DNA from: Protoeuglena noctilucae
Lineage: Eukaryota
Length of the DNA: 64,000 bases
Assembly: GCA_958009085.1 (NCBI GenBank)
Contig: OY253686.1
Coordinates: 682,001 to 746,000 of the forward strand
Reading direction: 5' to 3'
The position numbers were made by a program, and so were the translations under genes. Under the pieces are notes generated by a model that had not been told where the DNA came from, ran no database searches, and worked only from the letters and a program-made list of their open reading frames with translations. The stretch's first letter is position 1. The number at the start of each line of letters is the position of its first letter. Shown one piece after another: positions 46,882 to 59,339 of the stretch.

Positions 46882-49800
46882 ATGACTGCCAAAGGCGAAA
46901 CGCGAGCTAGGAGACTCGCAGTGGAGGCGATGGGAGAATATGCGGGCGCTGAGGCCGGCCGGGCAGGGACGATTGCTTTCCCGGGCAGCGTGAAACGCCA
47001 GATGGCGCTTGGCATCCTTTTTTCCTGGGTCGCGTCGATCCGCCCGGCGCATGGGCGCATTCCGGCCCGACTGCAACTGGAGAGGAGATGGCAGGCACGA
47101 CTCGGTGGCCGCAGGCCCTCATCGGCCTTGCGGCCGCACTGGTGGTGCTTACGGCGGCCCTGCGGCTTCTGCTGGTCCCGCGCGCACTCCCGGTGGACAC
47201 TGCCGCCATTCAATTCTCTGAGTACAGGTGGGACTGAGCTTTACTCCGCATCACTGAGTGCTCGAAACGTGTTTGGCCGAGCTAAACCTGCGGGTTCCGT
47301 GCTCCCGTAGAGCGATGAAGCACATCGAGATGCTCGCCGACCGGTGAGGGGATCGATACGTGGGATCTGAGGGACTGGAGCAGGCCATCGAGTACGCCAT
47401 CGACCAGCTGGAGGGTCTGCGGGTGCGCGGCGCCATTGGGAGACGACTGCAGCGTGCGCACGGGCCCGTCTGTTTGCTCCCTGGCGCGGTCTTGGCACGT
47501 ATGGATTCGTCACGCTGTCTTGCTATGTATGGGTCCCTGCCGGTCTGGAGATGCGGAGGGAGCCTGCTCCGCCTTTGCAGGAGCTGGCGTCCGGCAGCCC
47601 CTACATGGCCGAGCTGTCCGTGACGCAGCACACGGGCGCAGCGAGCCAGGAGTTCTTCCACCACGACATCACCAACGCCTATCGCAACTTGACCAACGTG
47701 GCCCTCCGCCTGCGCCCCCGCGGCTCGTCCGGCCGGGCTGTCATGTTGATGGCCCACCTGGACGCCACCATTGGGAGCGTGGGTGCATCGGACTGCGCGA
47801 CGTGCGTGGGCGTCGCGATTGAGGCTGCTCGTGCCATCCTCTCCTCCCCGGAGCCCCTCGCCTCCGACCTCATCGTCCTCCTCAACGGCGGGGAGGAGAC
47901 GCTCATGCAGGCCGCCCATGGCTTCTACACCCAGCACCCGGTGAGAGGCGCGGCGTGCAAGGGGGGCACGCGGTGCGCGCATCTTGTGCGTCAGCGTGGG
48001 CCGTCTCCCTCGTGCAGTGGATGGAGGACGCCGGGGCCGTTCTAAACCTGGAGAGCACAGGGCCAGGAGGCCCAGACGTCGTGTTCCAGGTCGCGGGGTG
48101 AGTCCCGCTCGGCCGTGCGTATTCGTCCTGCGCTTCCTGAGCGTTCTGTGGGTCTCCACCCACGCCAGCCCTCTGCGTGCGTGCAGCGAGTGGACGGCAG
48201 CAGCGGTGGCCCGGGCGGCCCCACACCCCCGCGCGAGCGTCGTGGGCCAGGACTTCTTCGACCTGTCCGTCATCCCTGCCGACACGGACTTCCGCATCAT
48301 GGCCAGCAACAGCATGGGTCATCTGCCGGGAATCGACGTCGCTATGGTCCTCGACGCAGCCGCCTACCACACGGACCGCGACACCACGGCACGCATCCGG
48401 CGCGGCACCGTGCAGGGCATGGGCGACAACGCCGTCGCGGTCGTGCGGGAGTTTGCGCGCGTGCTGGCGCAGCAGGTCCAGGAGGACAGCGTGGGGCATG
48501 GATCGGTGCGTGCGAGGGGCGGCGTATACTTCGACATCCTCGGCACGGCCCTTGTCACCTACGGCTACGACCGTGCCCTGCTCCTCCACAACGCGCCGCT
48601 GCTCATGGCCACGGCCGCCGCCGCCCTGGATCCCCGGAACCTGGCGGGCGCCGGCGCTGGCGACGTTGTGCGCCGGGCATTTAAGCGCCTGGCTGGCCTC
48701 TTCCTGGGTGGCCTGCTCTCGTTCGCCGTCCTGGTCGTCGGTACCCTCGCACCCGCTGCCTTCGCCGTGGCGCGAGTCCTGGTCACCGGGCGGCCCCTGG
48801 TGTGGTTCCGCGTGCCGTGGGTGGGCGTGGCACTGTCAGGCGAGGGCACTTAGGACCGGCTTGGAGTAGCAGGCTGGGCAGTGGCAGTCGTTGGCAAATC
48901 TGTCACGACAATCCCCAGCGCAACCGCCCTTCACACGCAGGCCTCGTCAGCGTTGCCGCCAGCCTCGCCATGCAGCGCCGCACCGGACCGTCGAGGCTCT
49001 CGGACCGCCTGGCCGAGTGCGCCATGGGATACGCCCTCGCTGCCTCGGCCCTCACAGCCGCGCGCATGGGATCCGCCTACGTCCCCGCCATCTTCTCCGC
49101 CGCACTCACTCTCGCCAGCCTGGTCCCTGGGCCACACTCTGTCCCCCTCGCCGCTCCAGCTGCCCAGGCCCGGGGCAAGGCTGGCGCCCGAGGTGCATCC
49201 GAGCCGCCAGCCGCGGACCGCAGCGATAACGCAGTCCCGGCAGCCAAGGAGCGGCGGGAGCAGGGCGAGGGCAGCGTCACTACGTTTGCCGTCCAGGTCA
49301 GGATTGCCCCGCTCGTCGCTCTCCACTCCCGCCCGCCACCACGTGCGCTGGACGCCCCCTGGCCACGTAACGACCTCTCTCTCCTCATGACCACAGCTCC
49401 TCATCGTCCTCCTCCCCACGCTCCTCATGTCCTCCATGGCGCTCCTCATCTCCCTGTACCTGCCCGGCAAGGCGGGCATGACCCCCGCCCCGCCTCCCGC
49501 GGGCATCTTCCTGGGCGATGTCCTCGTGGCAGGCGCCACGGGGATGTTATTCACCTTCACCCTGGCGGGGATGTACCCGCCCGTCGCCGCCCACTTCCAT
49601 TCGGGCCGCGTCGCACGGCGGATGTTCGGCGTGGCAGCCGCCGTCGCCGTGCTCCTGTCTCTCACGGTGCGAGGGTGGCCGGATGACTTGATCGACTCCT
49701 TGCGTTAGTGATGCGATGTTCCCGCCCCGTCAATCCCTCCTCTTCTCCTTTCTTCAGATGGCCCCCTACTCGACTGAGCAGCCCAAGCGCGTGGGCGTGC

Positions 49801-50992
49801 AGCATGCGCACTTCCAGGGCGCAGGCGGCCGCGTCGAGCGGTCCACCCTCGCCCTGGCCAGCATGGACGGCGTGTCAGTGCGGGACGTTGTGGCCCCGAA
49901 CCCGCCCCCGGCTATGGTGGCATGGCAGAGGCGAGGGTGTAGAGAAAAGGCGGCAGGTGGAGAGTATGCTGTACAGTAGGTATCGTGCACCACAACGTCT
50001 GTGCTTGCCTCACGCAGGCTCACGGGCCGCTCTCCACCCCTGTCCCTGGAGCAGCGCCAGTGGGCGGACCCCACTCGCGTGGAGGTCAGCCCAGGAGACG
50101 ACTGGCTGCTCCTGTACCCGGTGTCGTCCATGCTCCAGGCCATTGCGAGGGAGGCGCCCAGCCAGGCCGAGCACCAGGTGAAGTGCCACGCTTTGTGGTC
50201 GCACCACCAATGGACGGGACGCATGGGCCCTAACACCCCGTCGGTGTGTTCTCCCCCCGCAGCCCACCCTGCAGCTGACGGGGCCCGAGTCCCTGTCGAC
50301 CGTGGACGCGGCCGCCCCGACCGTTCGCCTCCACGTGCACCTGAGCACGGGCTTCCCGCACTGGACCGTGATGGTGCTGACAGTGGAGGGGCGCCTCACG
50401 GCATGGAGCTTCACGGACGCCCCTGTGCCCACGGACGCAGCTCAGCCCGACACGTACGTCGTGAGGATGGCGGGCGCTCGGGGGTCCGAGGAGTGGCCCT
50501 TCTGGCTGGAGGTCGAGGATGGCACGCGCGTCCGGGCTCGCCTCGCCGTGGTCATGCCTTTGCCCACGCTGCTGCCCGGCATGACGCAGGGCATGTGGGC
50601 CAAGGCGAGCGGCGCAGCTTGTGCTTGCAGTGGCGCAGCGGGCACCTGAGCAGGAATGTGCATTCTTGCAACGCGATTCCTCCCGTCGCTACACCTGCAG
50701 CCGGACGATGGGTCGTGGGAGGCCCTGGCGGAGGAGCAGGGGTGGCGTCCGGCGCAGCGCCTCATCGCTGGGCTGCCAAAGTGGACGGCCCCGTTCGCTT
50801 TCGAGGTGAGGACGCGGCTGAGCAGTGCCATGCGCGTGTATGGACGATGCTGAATGGCACATCTACGGCTATTGCGCCGTCTCCCTCCTGCAGTGCTACC
50901 ACTCGCTGTGGGACATCCGTCAAGACGAGGGTGGGACGTGGGAGGTGACGGCCTCGGAGGAGCTGGTCAAGCCCCGGCCCAGTTTGGCATGA
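46882..50992 (+). CDS. M28 family multi-TM metallopeptidase (ERMP1-like)
   Basis: AHLD, GASD, LLNGGEE, LNLESTG, GQDFF..IPADTDFRI, PGID, YHTDRD, followed by multiple TM segments and PYSTEQPKR. TGA at 50990-50992. Confidence 0.88.
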
Positions 50993-51240
50993 GGTGCCTT
51001 TGTTTTTCAGCCCCTTGTTTTCACGACGGCAAGTGCCGCGTTCTGAGTTCACGGCTGCTCTTAGTTTCCGGCAGCTGCCGCATGCTCATACCCTTGCCCC
51101 ACTCACATGAGCCGACACTTGGTATTCCCGGTGCAATCGCGGACGCCATTTCTGCGCGCTTTGGGCGCCAATGCCTGAACTGCCCAAGCGAATCCTTGAA
51201 TCTCACCCACTATCCTCGAAACCCTCGCTCCCGCTCGCCC

Positions 51241-53448
51241 CTACTTCACCCTCTCCAGCATGACCCCCATCTCACAGTGGTCGCAATAAGGGAACTGGTC
51301 GAAGAGCGCGAACCTGGCCACCCGGTGCGTCCCTCCCGGGCCCGCCACGCCCTCAATGTCCCGCAGCAGCGTCCGTGGGTTGCACGAGATGTACACCGTC
51401 CGGTCAAAGTCCCGCAGAAGCGCACGCGTCGCGTCGTCCAGCCCTGCACGCCCGCCGAACACCAAGCTAAGTCAAGACTCTGGCAGGAATCCGATTTCCA
51501 ACTGTACAAGCATTTAGGGCGTGGCAGTCCTGCCTCTCACCGGCGCGGGGCGGGTCGACCATGAGGGTGCTGACGTTGAGGGCGTCCCAGTCCGCGGCCG
51601 CCTGGATGCCCAGCTTGGGCAGCGGCTCCTTGGCCCGCAGCGCAGCGGTGAAGGCCTCCGCTGCCATGGGCGCCACGGCCACGTTGGAGGCGGCGTTGGC
51701 CTCGATGTTCCACTGCGCGGCCTGCACCGACCGGCGGGCGATCTCCGTGCCGATGACGCGGTCGAAGTGCTGCGAGGGCACACGGGAATGCAGCTGCCGT
51801 CAAGTATCTCGTCAAGTGAGCCATAGGTGCTGCTGCAAAAGACGGGGCCAGTCGATGCTAGCGGTCCCTCGCACCTCCGCCACGGGAATGCTGAGGTTGG
51901 CGTTGCCGCAGTAGAGCTCCAGGAGGGACGATCCACGCGAGCCTGCCGTGCAGCTGCGCGCCCAGTGCAGCATGTGCCTGCACGTGTAGGCGTTGGGCTG
52001 GCTGAACGCCTCCTCCATCTGTCGGTACTTGTACGCCTTCCCATCCACCTCGAACTCCTCCGTGACGTAGTCGTCCCCGAACAACACGCGCTGCCGCCTG
52101 CTGCGCCCAATCACGGACACCTGCCCGCCAGGCCGCACCCCCGGGAGACCCGACAGCGACTCCCTGCGTGGGGGGAGAGCGCCGATGGTGACAGGCAGGC
52201 ACATGCAAGTTGCAACGCAGCCCATTTGCGACAGCTCACGCACACGCCCCGCCGTCCCATCTCTTGGGCACTCCTCGCCACCCCGGTAGTCGCTAGCATG
52301 CGTCGGCCCTGCCCTCACTTGAGGTGCTTGGCGGCCTCGATCCACGAGTCCTCGATCTTGCAGTGGTAGACGAGCGTGCACATGGCATCTCCCGACAGAG
52401 TCGTGTGCACGTTGACCTGGAAGAGCTTGCGACGGAGGACGGCACCGTAGGGCCCGGTGTTGCATTCGTCCCGCACGCGTGCCAGCACCGCGTTGGCCAG
52501 CTCAGAAACCACGGGGAAGTCGCGCACCCAGAAGAGCGTCGGGCGAGGCCGCGGGCCCTTCTCGCGCCGCCGCTTGCGCTTCCTCCCCTCCCACTCCTGC
52601 GCATGTGACAGACGGCAGAGTGAGTGGGTGATACAGCAGCGGACGTGAGACTCTTCAAGCGCCAGCAGCACTCACCCACGACGATGTCCCCGCGCCGTTG
52701 GATCCCCTCGCGACGGCCCCCTCTGCAGCAGCCCCCTCTGTAGCAGCAGCCCCCTCAGCACCGTTGCCGTCAGCAGTCGCCCCCGACGCTTCCTCCTCTC
52801 CGCCGTCGTCCCCCTCCCCCGACCCCCTGTCGTCTCCGCTATCCTCGCCACCGTCGCTCCGAGCCCCCGGGTCAGCCAAAAAGTCGTCCGTGGAGTTGAG
52901 GCTGAACATCACGTAGTCCATGGTGTCGCCCTCGTGCCACACGCGCAGCTCGCAGCGCATGCGGTGGTGCAGCGGACGGGACGGGAAGACCTCGAGCTCC
53001 GGCATATGAAGAGAGGCGAACATCGACAGCACCTTGGCTGCAGGGGTAAATCGCGTATTGTGTGCATCGGGGTTCTGCTATCCGGGACTTCATACCTGCA
53101 AACTGGTGGGTATACAGGAAAGTACTACTCGCCTTTCTTCGCGGCGAGCTGCGCATCGTAGGTGGAAGCGTCCGGGGAGATGAGGGGGGGACGCTGGCCG
53201 GCCGGGCAGTCGTCGGTGCTCTCCAGGGGCCCCCGCCTCTCCGTGGGTGCCGCGGAGGATGCGTGCCTTTTCTTACGTCCCATTTCCGCACGAGAGTCTG
53301 CAGCCCGGGCCTCGGCGGCACGCGCGCACGCTCTCTCCGGTCGCCCCCCCTTCGCGAGCGTGCGGTGGCTGCCGAGGCCAGGCCAGCGCCTAACGAAGAG
53401 CGCGCGCTGCAGAAATGGCACCGCCACCAGTTGCCGCGACGAGAGCAT
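51241..53448 (-). CDS. trmA: tRNA (uracil-54-C5)-methyltransferase, bacterial TrmA type, with likely transit peptide
   Basis: HHRMRCELRVWH, LRRKLFQV, TTLSGD, IGRSR, FSQPNA, LLELYCGNANLS, VDPPRAGLD, YISCNP (catalytic Cys), FDQFPY. Confidence 0.92.
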
Positions 53449-53782
53449 CAGCTGTGCTTGCCATACAGCTTGCTTGGCCTGAGCACGACCAAAGTGAAAA
53501 GATGGTGTGTACACTCAGGGAATGGTCATGGACTTGACATCCATCGTAGTGATGTGCATGCCTGAGGCAATACCTGGATTTAAGTCCCAACTTCGTTTTG
53601 CACAACAGCTTGCACAAATCACCGCGTCGTCGTCAGAAGTCGTGGCCCACAAGGAAGCGCGTGTGGATTGACCCACTGCATCTCACCGCGCTGACTCGAC
53701 GGACAGGGCGCAGAGACGCGCATCACGCCCGGCCATGGCGCTCCCTAGTGCTTGCAGGGAGACGTAGACACTGGGCGTCACC

Positions 53783-56700
53783 ATGGCGCCGGGACGGGGA
53801 GAGTATCGGCGCCTAGATGACCTGACGGATAGCGAAGATGGTGGAACGCCAATCCCGCTGCAGCGGTGAGCGGTGAAAGTGTCTCTAGGCTCACGATACT
53901 TTGCGGCTTGCTTTTCGCCTGCTTTGCCCGTAGCGCCTTCCCTGTCCGACCCGTCGCAGGGACCAGAGCAGTCCGGCACCGCGGACACCGCTGTCCATCG
54001 AGCAGGTGACGCCCGCGCCCGCGGCCTGGCACGGGGCGGGGGAGGAGGAGATGCCCGGCACGAACGGCCTCACGCCGTACAAATTGCGGCAGGTGCGTGG
54101 CGCCCGACCTCGACGATCGATGACCCTAGCAAGCCTGGGACTGCAGCCTTTGCGGCGCTCCGTGATGCCATGTCTCGGCTGCGCTGGTTTGGATCCCATG
54201 TTGTCGCGTATCGGCCCCGCCTCCTCCCCAGACTCCCTTGTCCGCTCGCTCTGGATGGCGTGCGGACAGCATCCGGTCGCTGCGGGCCCTCCACCAGGCC
54301 ACGTGGGTCAAGCGCCCGCACCCAGCCATGCTGCGCTGCGTCGGGTGGTCCGCCGTGGTTGCCGCCTTCTTCCTGGGCCTCTTCCTCACATTCGTTGTCT
54401 ACGAGGAGGACTTCCGCGCCACCATCCCCAACTGCACCTGGCAGAACTACCGCCTGCCGGACGCCCCCACGTGAGTCTCCCTCTTGTTTGGTTGCGTGCT
54501 ACTGCACAGACGACCACGCGTGTGACGCGCGATGTCCCGCGTCGTTAACCGCAGCCCCACTGTCTACTCGCTCGTCCTGGAGGTGGGCCTCAACCACGAC
54601 CCCTTCCCCGTGCGGGGGTCGGTGGAGATCGAAGTCGACCTGGGGGACGAGGTCGGCCGCTGCATCGTGCTGCACGCGGGGCGCGCCGTGGACGTCACCG
54701 ACTCGGACATCCAGTACGTCGACGCGTCCGGTGAGGGGAGGCAGACCTTGTTCTGGTACTCTGCCCCAACGCTTGCACGCCGCCCGGAGCGAGCTGCTCC
54801 GAGCAGCACCCGTGCCCCCTGCCCCGCCTCAGGCAAGCGCGTGTCGATGCAGCATCGCATCGACCGCAACACGGAGCCGGGCCTCGAGGACCAGCTGGTC
54901 GTGTCGCTGCACTCGCCCGTGCCATCGCGCGAGGAGCGCCACGGCAACACCCAGGGGTACCTGACCCTGCGTTTCCATTACAACCTCCCCCGGGCCTTAG
55001 GCGGGCTGTACCTGAGCCCCTACGTGCAGAACGGCCGCCCCAAGGCGCTGGCCGTCACGCAGCTCGAGGCCATCGACGCCAGAAACGCCTTCCCGTGCTT
55101 CGACGAGCCGGACGCCAAGGCCTCTTTCGACGTCACCGTCACAGTGCCCTCTTGGGCCGTCGTGCTCAGGTCAGGGCGAAAGACTTGACCCCACGCCGAC
55201 TGGCGTGTCATGGCAGCCCACCCATAGCTTTTGACACCGCTACAGTCCAGCAGCGCACGCTTCCCTGTGCAGACTTAGATGGATATCCCCACCATCCCAC
55301 CCGTCGCCCGCAGCAACATGCCCGTGTCGACCCTCCAGAGCAGCGAGCGCCTCCCCCGCCGTCACCACCTGGCCGCCAGCCTGGAGGCACTCAAGACGAT
55401 GCAGTTCCAGCGCACGCCGCCCATGCCCACCTACCTCCTGGCCATCCTGGCCGGGGACGTGTCCTCCGCGTCCCTCGCAGTCGAGCGGGGGCTCCCGGGC
55501 CTACCCACCCTGGCCGTCGAGGGTGAGGGGCGGTCCCCAGCAGCGCAACCAGCTCTGTGACTCGTTCCCTTCGGTGTGACTCCCTGTACTTCTAAGAGTG
55601 TTCACTGTATGTGACCAATCCAACCCCCTCGCCACCACCCACTCGCTTCTGCACCCAGTGCACGGCCTGTCGCACCGCCCCTCGAGCTCTCTGGGCACGG
55701 CGGGGGACGTGGCGGCCCAGGTGGTCCCTGCCATGGAGCGCCTGCTGAGGTGAGGGCTGCTGTGCAGTGCCCTGGCGAGTGAGGCTGGCTGCTGCGGGTC
55801 GCGCTCCCTGAGATGCTCGCTTCGTTGTCCCACCTGCACCTCTCCCACTCCCCACGTGCACCTCTTCCACCTGCCCCTCTCCCAGGATTCCATACGATCT
55901 CCCCAAGCTGGACCTGGCCGCGGTGCCGGATCTGGCTGCTGGCGCGATGGAGAACTGGGGCCTGGTCACCTTCAAGGAGACGACGCTGCTGGTGTCAGGT
56001 GCGCGAGGGGCGGGAGGGGGCGCGCCGGGCCTGTCGCTTGCTAATGCGCTTCCATAGATACTACCTAGCGTCGTCGTAGCCAATCCTAGTCCCGCTCTCC
56101 GCAGAGACGACGCCGACGTCGGGCAAGCGTGCCGTGGCGGAGCTGGTGGCGCATGAGCTGACGCACATGTGGTTCGGCAACCGCGTGACGATGGCGTGGT
56201 GGGACGACGTTTGGCTTAACGAGGGGTCCGCCACCTACTTTGCGCGAGTGGGGGCAGACGCCGCCATGCCCCAGGCGAGCCGACCACAGTGTTGAGACGG
56301 GGTGGGGAGCGCGTCACGTGCCCGGCCCTGGTCAGACATGGTTACCATATACATCTGCGGCCCTCGGCGCAGTTCTCCTTTCTGGCCAACACCTACTGGG
56401 ACGTGACCCGGGTGGGATTGGACGCGGACGCCCATGCCGACCGCCACCCTTTGGCGCCCGGGCGGCTCCCTGGGGGTGACGCCAACGCCAACGTGGACGC
56501 GCTCTTCGACCACATCACGTACGAGAAGGGCGGCGCGGTGCTGCACATGGCGCACACCCTCGCACGCGCCCTGGGCGGGGACGTGGGCTTCGCGGGACCC
56601 ACGCCATTCGATGCCGCGCTGGCGGGGGGCGGCGCCACCCGCGACGCCTTCATCGAGGGCCTGGAGGGCTACCTCCGCCGCCACCACCTCGGACCTCGTG

Positions 56701-59214
56701 CAGGCGCTGGCGGAGGCCTTGGACCTGGCGGCGGGCGTCGACCCGGCCCTGGGGCAGCGCGGGGCCAGGGCGTTCCTCGAGCCGTGGATCTACCGCGCGG
56801 GGTACCCGGTCGTGACGGGTGAGTGGTTCTGCATGGCGTGGCACGGCACGCGCGAGGCAGGCGCGCGTGACTACCTGCCCACCCCGCGTACCCACCCCGC
56901 GCCTGGACTGCCACCGTGCAGCAACCTCCCTAGTTCCGCCCTTTTCTGCAGTGTTCTGGGATCCTCCCTCCACGCTGCGACTGACTCAGGCCCCCTTCTC
57001 CGTCTCCGGCGCCGCCCCCTGCGACCCCACCGTCGCCTGGCCCGTCCCCGTGGCCCTCCGCACCGTGGCCATCCCCGCCGACTCCCAGGCGCCCCTCTAC
57101 GCGGGGGCGGACGTCCTCGTGAAGCTGGGCGCGTGCGAGGCGCACGTAGACCTGTCGGGCGTGCCGGGGGCTGACCCTACTCCACCCCCGCCCCCGACAC
57201 CCTCCCCGACACCAACGCAGGCGCCCACGCCATCGCCAACACCAACGCCGACGCCCACACCCGAGCCCGGCCCCGGCAGCGACCCTACGCCCCCCTCCGA
57301 TGCTCCCTCGCAAGGCACGCCCTCCCCCTCGCCCCTGTCGCATGCCCAGCGCCCAGTCACGGTCCCCGAGGCTCCAATGACAGACGCGACGCGGCGCTTA
57401 AGCCAGGCGCCCCCCACTCCCAGCGCCGCCACGCCAAGCGGCGGCGTCCCTCCGTCAGACGGCCCGACACCAACTGCCAGCCCTCCCCCAGACACGCCTC
57501 CCCCCTCGCCCACCCCCACGGCAGCCCCCCCATCTGTGGCGCTGCTGGCCAACGTGGGTCGGTGGGGCTTCTACCGCGTCCATTACGAGGGCGGCGCATG
57601 GGCCTTGGCCCTGGAGGCGCTGCGTCGGTCGGGGTCGGGTGCGCTGTCAGGAAACGCCTTCTCTGTGGATGTGGCGGGGATGGTCGTGGACGCGCTCGCT
57701 CTGTCCGATGCCGGGGTCAGGTGAGAAGCTGGGTGCTGCCCAGGTTATGGGTGGCGGTGGGTCCAGGCGATTGTAACATGCGTCCCCTGCCCTTTCACCC
57801 GTGTGCTTACGCTTGCCCTCCCAGCTCTGCCGTCCGTGTCCTCGAGGCCATCGATGCGCTCCTCGCGTCGGGGCGGGATTTGGAGTATGCGGGGCACTCG
57901 GCCGCGCTGTGGGCCGCGGGGCAGGTGCACGCGCGGATGGTGGCGGCGTGCACGTGCGAGCAGGCGTGCGGCACGGCGGGGCCCACGGGCGGCACGGGGG
58001 CGCCGGACCGGTGGCTGGCGGCGGTTGCGGGCGCAGTGCCTGCCGCCGACGCGATGCTCGCGTCGCTGAGCGTGGCGCCCCCGGGCCTCATCGACGCTCA
58101 GCGGCTGGTGTGGCCGACGGTGGTGCTGGCGGCGGGCAGGGCGTCCCCCTCCGACGCCCCCGTCCTGGCGATGGCTTGGGAGGTGGTCAAGAAGCGCCTG
58201 GACGCCGTGCTGGCGGCGGGGGGGGACCTGGCGACCGTGGATGTGCCGGGCAGCGAGGGGTGAGGGCCACGGGGACTGGGGTGGGGCGGCAGGCCCTCTT
58301 GGTTCTGCCTCTCTCGACTGGTGCGTGTTAGTGCACCGATGCTAACACTGGTAGCAATCACACACTCTCTGACTGGGCTCTGCCCCACTGGTCTGCTCTG
58401 CCCCGCAGCTACATCCATCCGGACGTGCGTGCTGCCGCGTACGCCCTGGCGGTGCGCCACCGCGGCCAGGAGGCCTTCACGCTCGTGTGGCGCGCCGTGG
58501 ACGTGGTGGGTGACCCCGCAGAGAAGGCGGCATTGCTGGCGGCGCTGGCGGAGGGGCCCACGGACGCGTTAGTGAGGGAGGCCCTGGCACTGACGCTCGA
58601 CTCGAGGGACGTGGTGCGGGGGCAAGACGTGGGTGAGGGGCAGGGGCGGGGGTGGGGTGGTCAGCAGGTTCGGGCAATGCGCAACAGGGGCCCTGCGCAC
58701 GCTTCGCACCTCAAATCCTTTCTCGACTGCCTGGTCGCAGCGTGGATGGTCGAGGCGGTCGCGGAGGCGTCCCCGCTGGGCCGCCTGTTGGCGTGGGAGT
58801 TCGTGCGCACGCGGCTGGGCGACATCCGCGACAAGATTGGGCGCGTCGGGTGGGCCGACGCGGGGGTGTCGGAGCTGGTGCAGGTGGGGCCATGACTGTA
58901 ACACGAGGGTGGCAGCTTGCGGGGGCACAACAAGCACATGTGCCGTTGCTGCTTGATTGCACGACGCCTGCACATGTGCGGCCCAACTCCCCGCCCGACA
59001 TTGCCACCGCGTCCTCTGCCCACAGCACGTGGCCAGCGGCTTCTCCGACCAGGTCCGGGTGCAGGAGATCGAGCATTTGCAGGGCCAATACCCGGATTTG
59101 ATCCTCGACCAGGTGGTCGAGTATGTGCGGCAGGCCGTGCAGCGCAACAGGGCATGGCTGCAGGCGAACGGGGGGGACGTCTGCGCCTGGATGAAGGCCC
59201 ACACGCCCAATTGA
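53783..59214 (+). CDS. Membrane-anchored M1 aminopeptidase (aminopeptidase N/ERAP-like) with Pro/Thr-rich insert; apparent frameshift near 56680
   Basis: N-terminal [73 protein letters not shown]. Confidence 0.88.
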
Positions 59215-59339
59215 CGCTAGCAGGCTCCCCTGCACACCTCGCTAGTAGAGCCCGCCATGTCTATCAAGCGCTCTGTAGTGATTACGAACCGAACAGTAGG
59301 AAACCTTCAAGCAAGCACTGTACGCCCTGGCTGCCAGCA

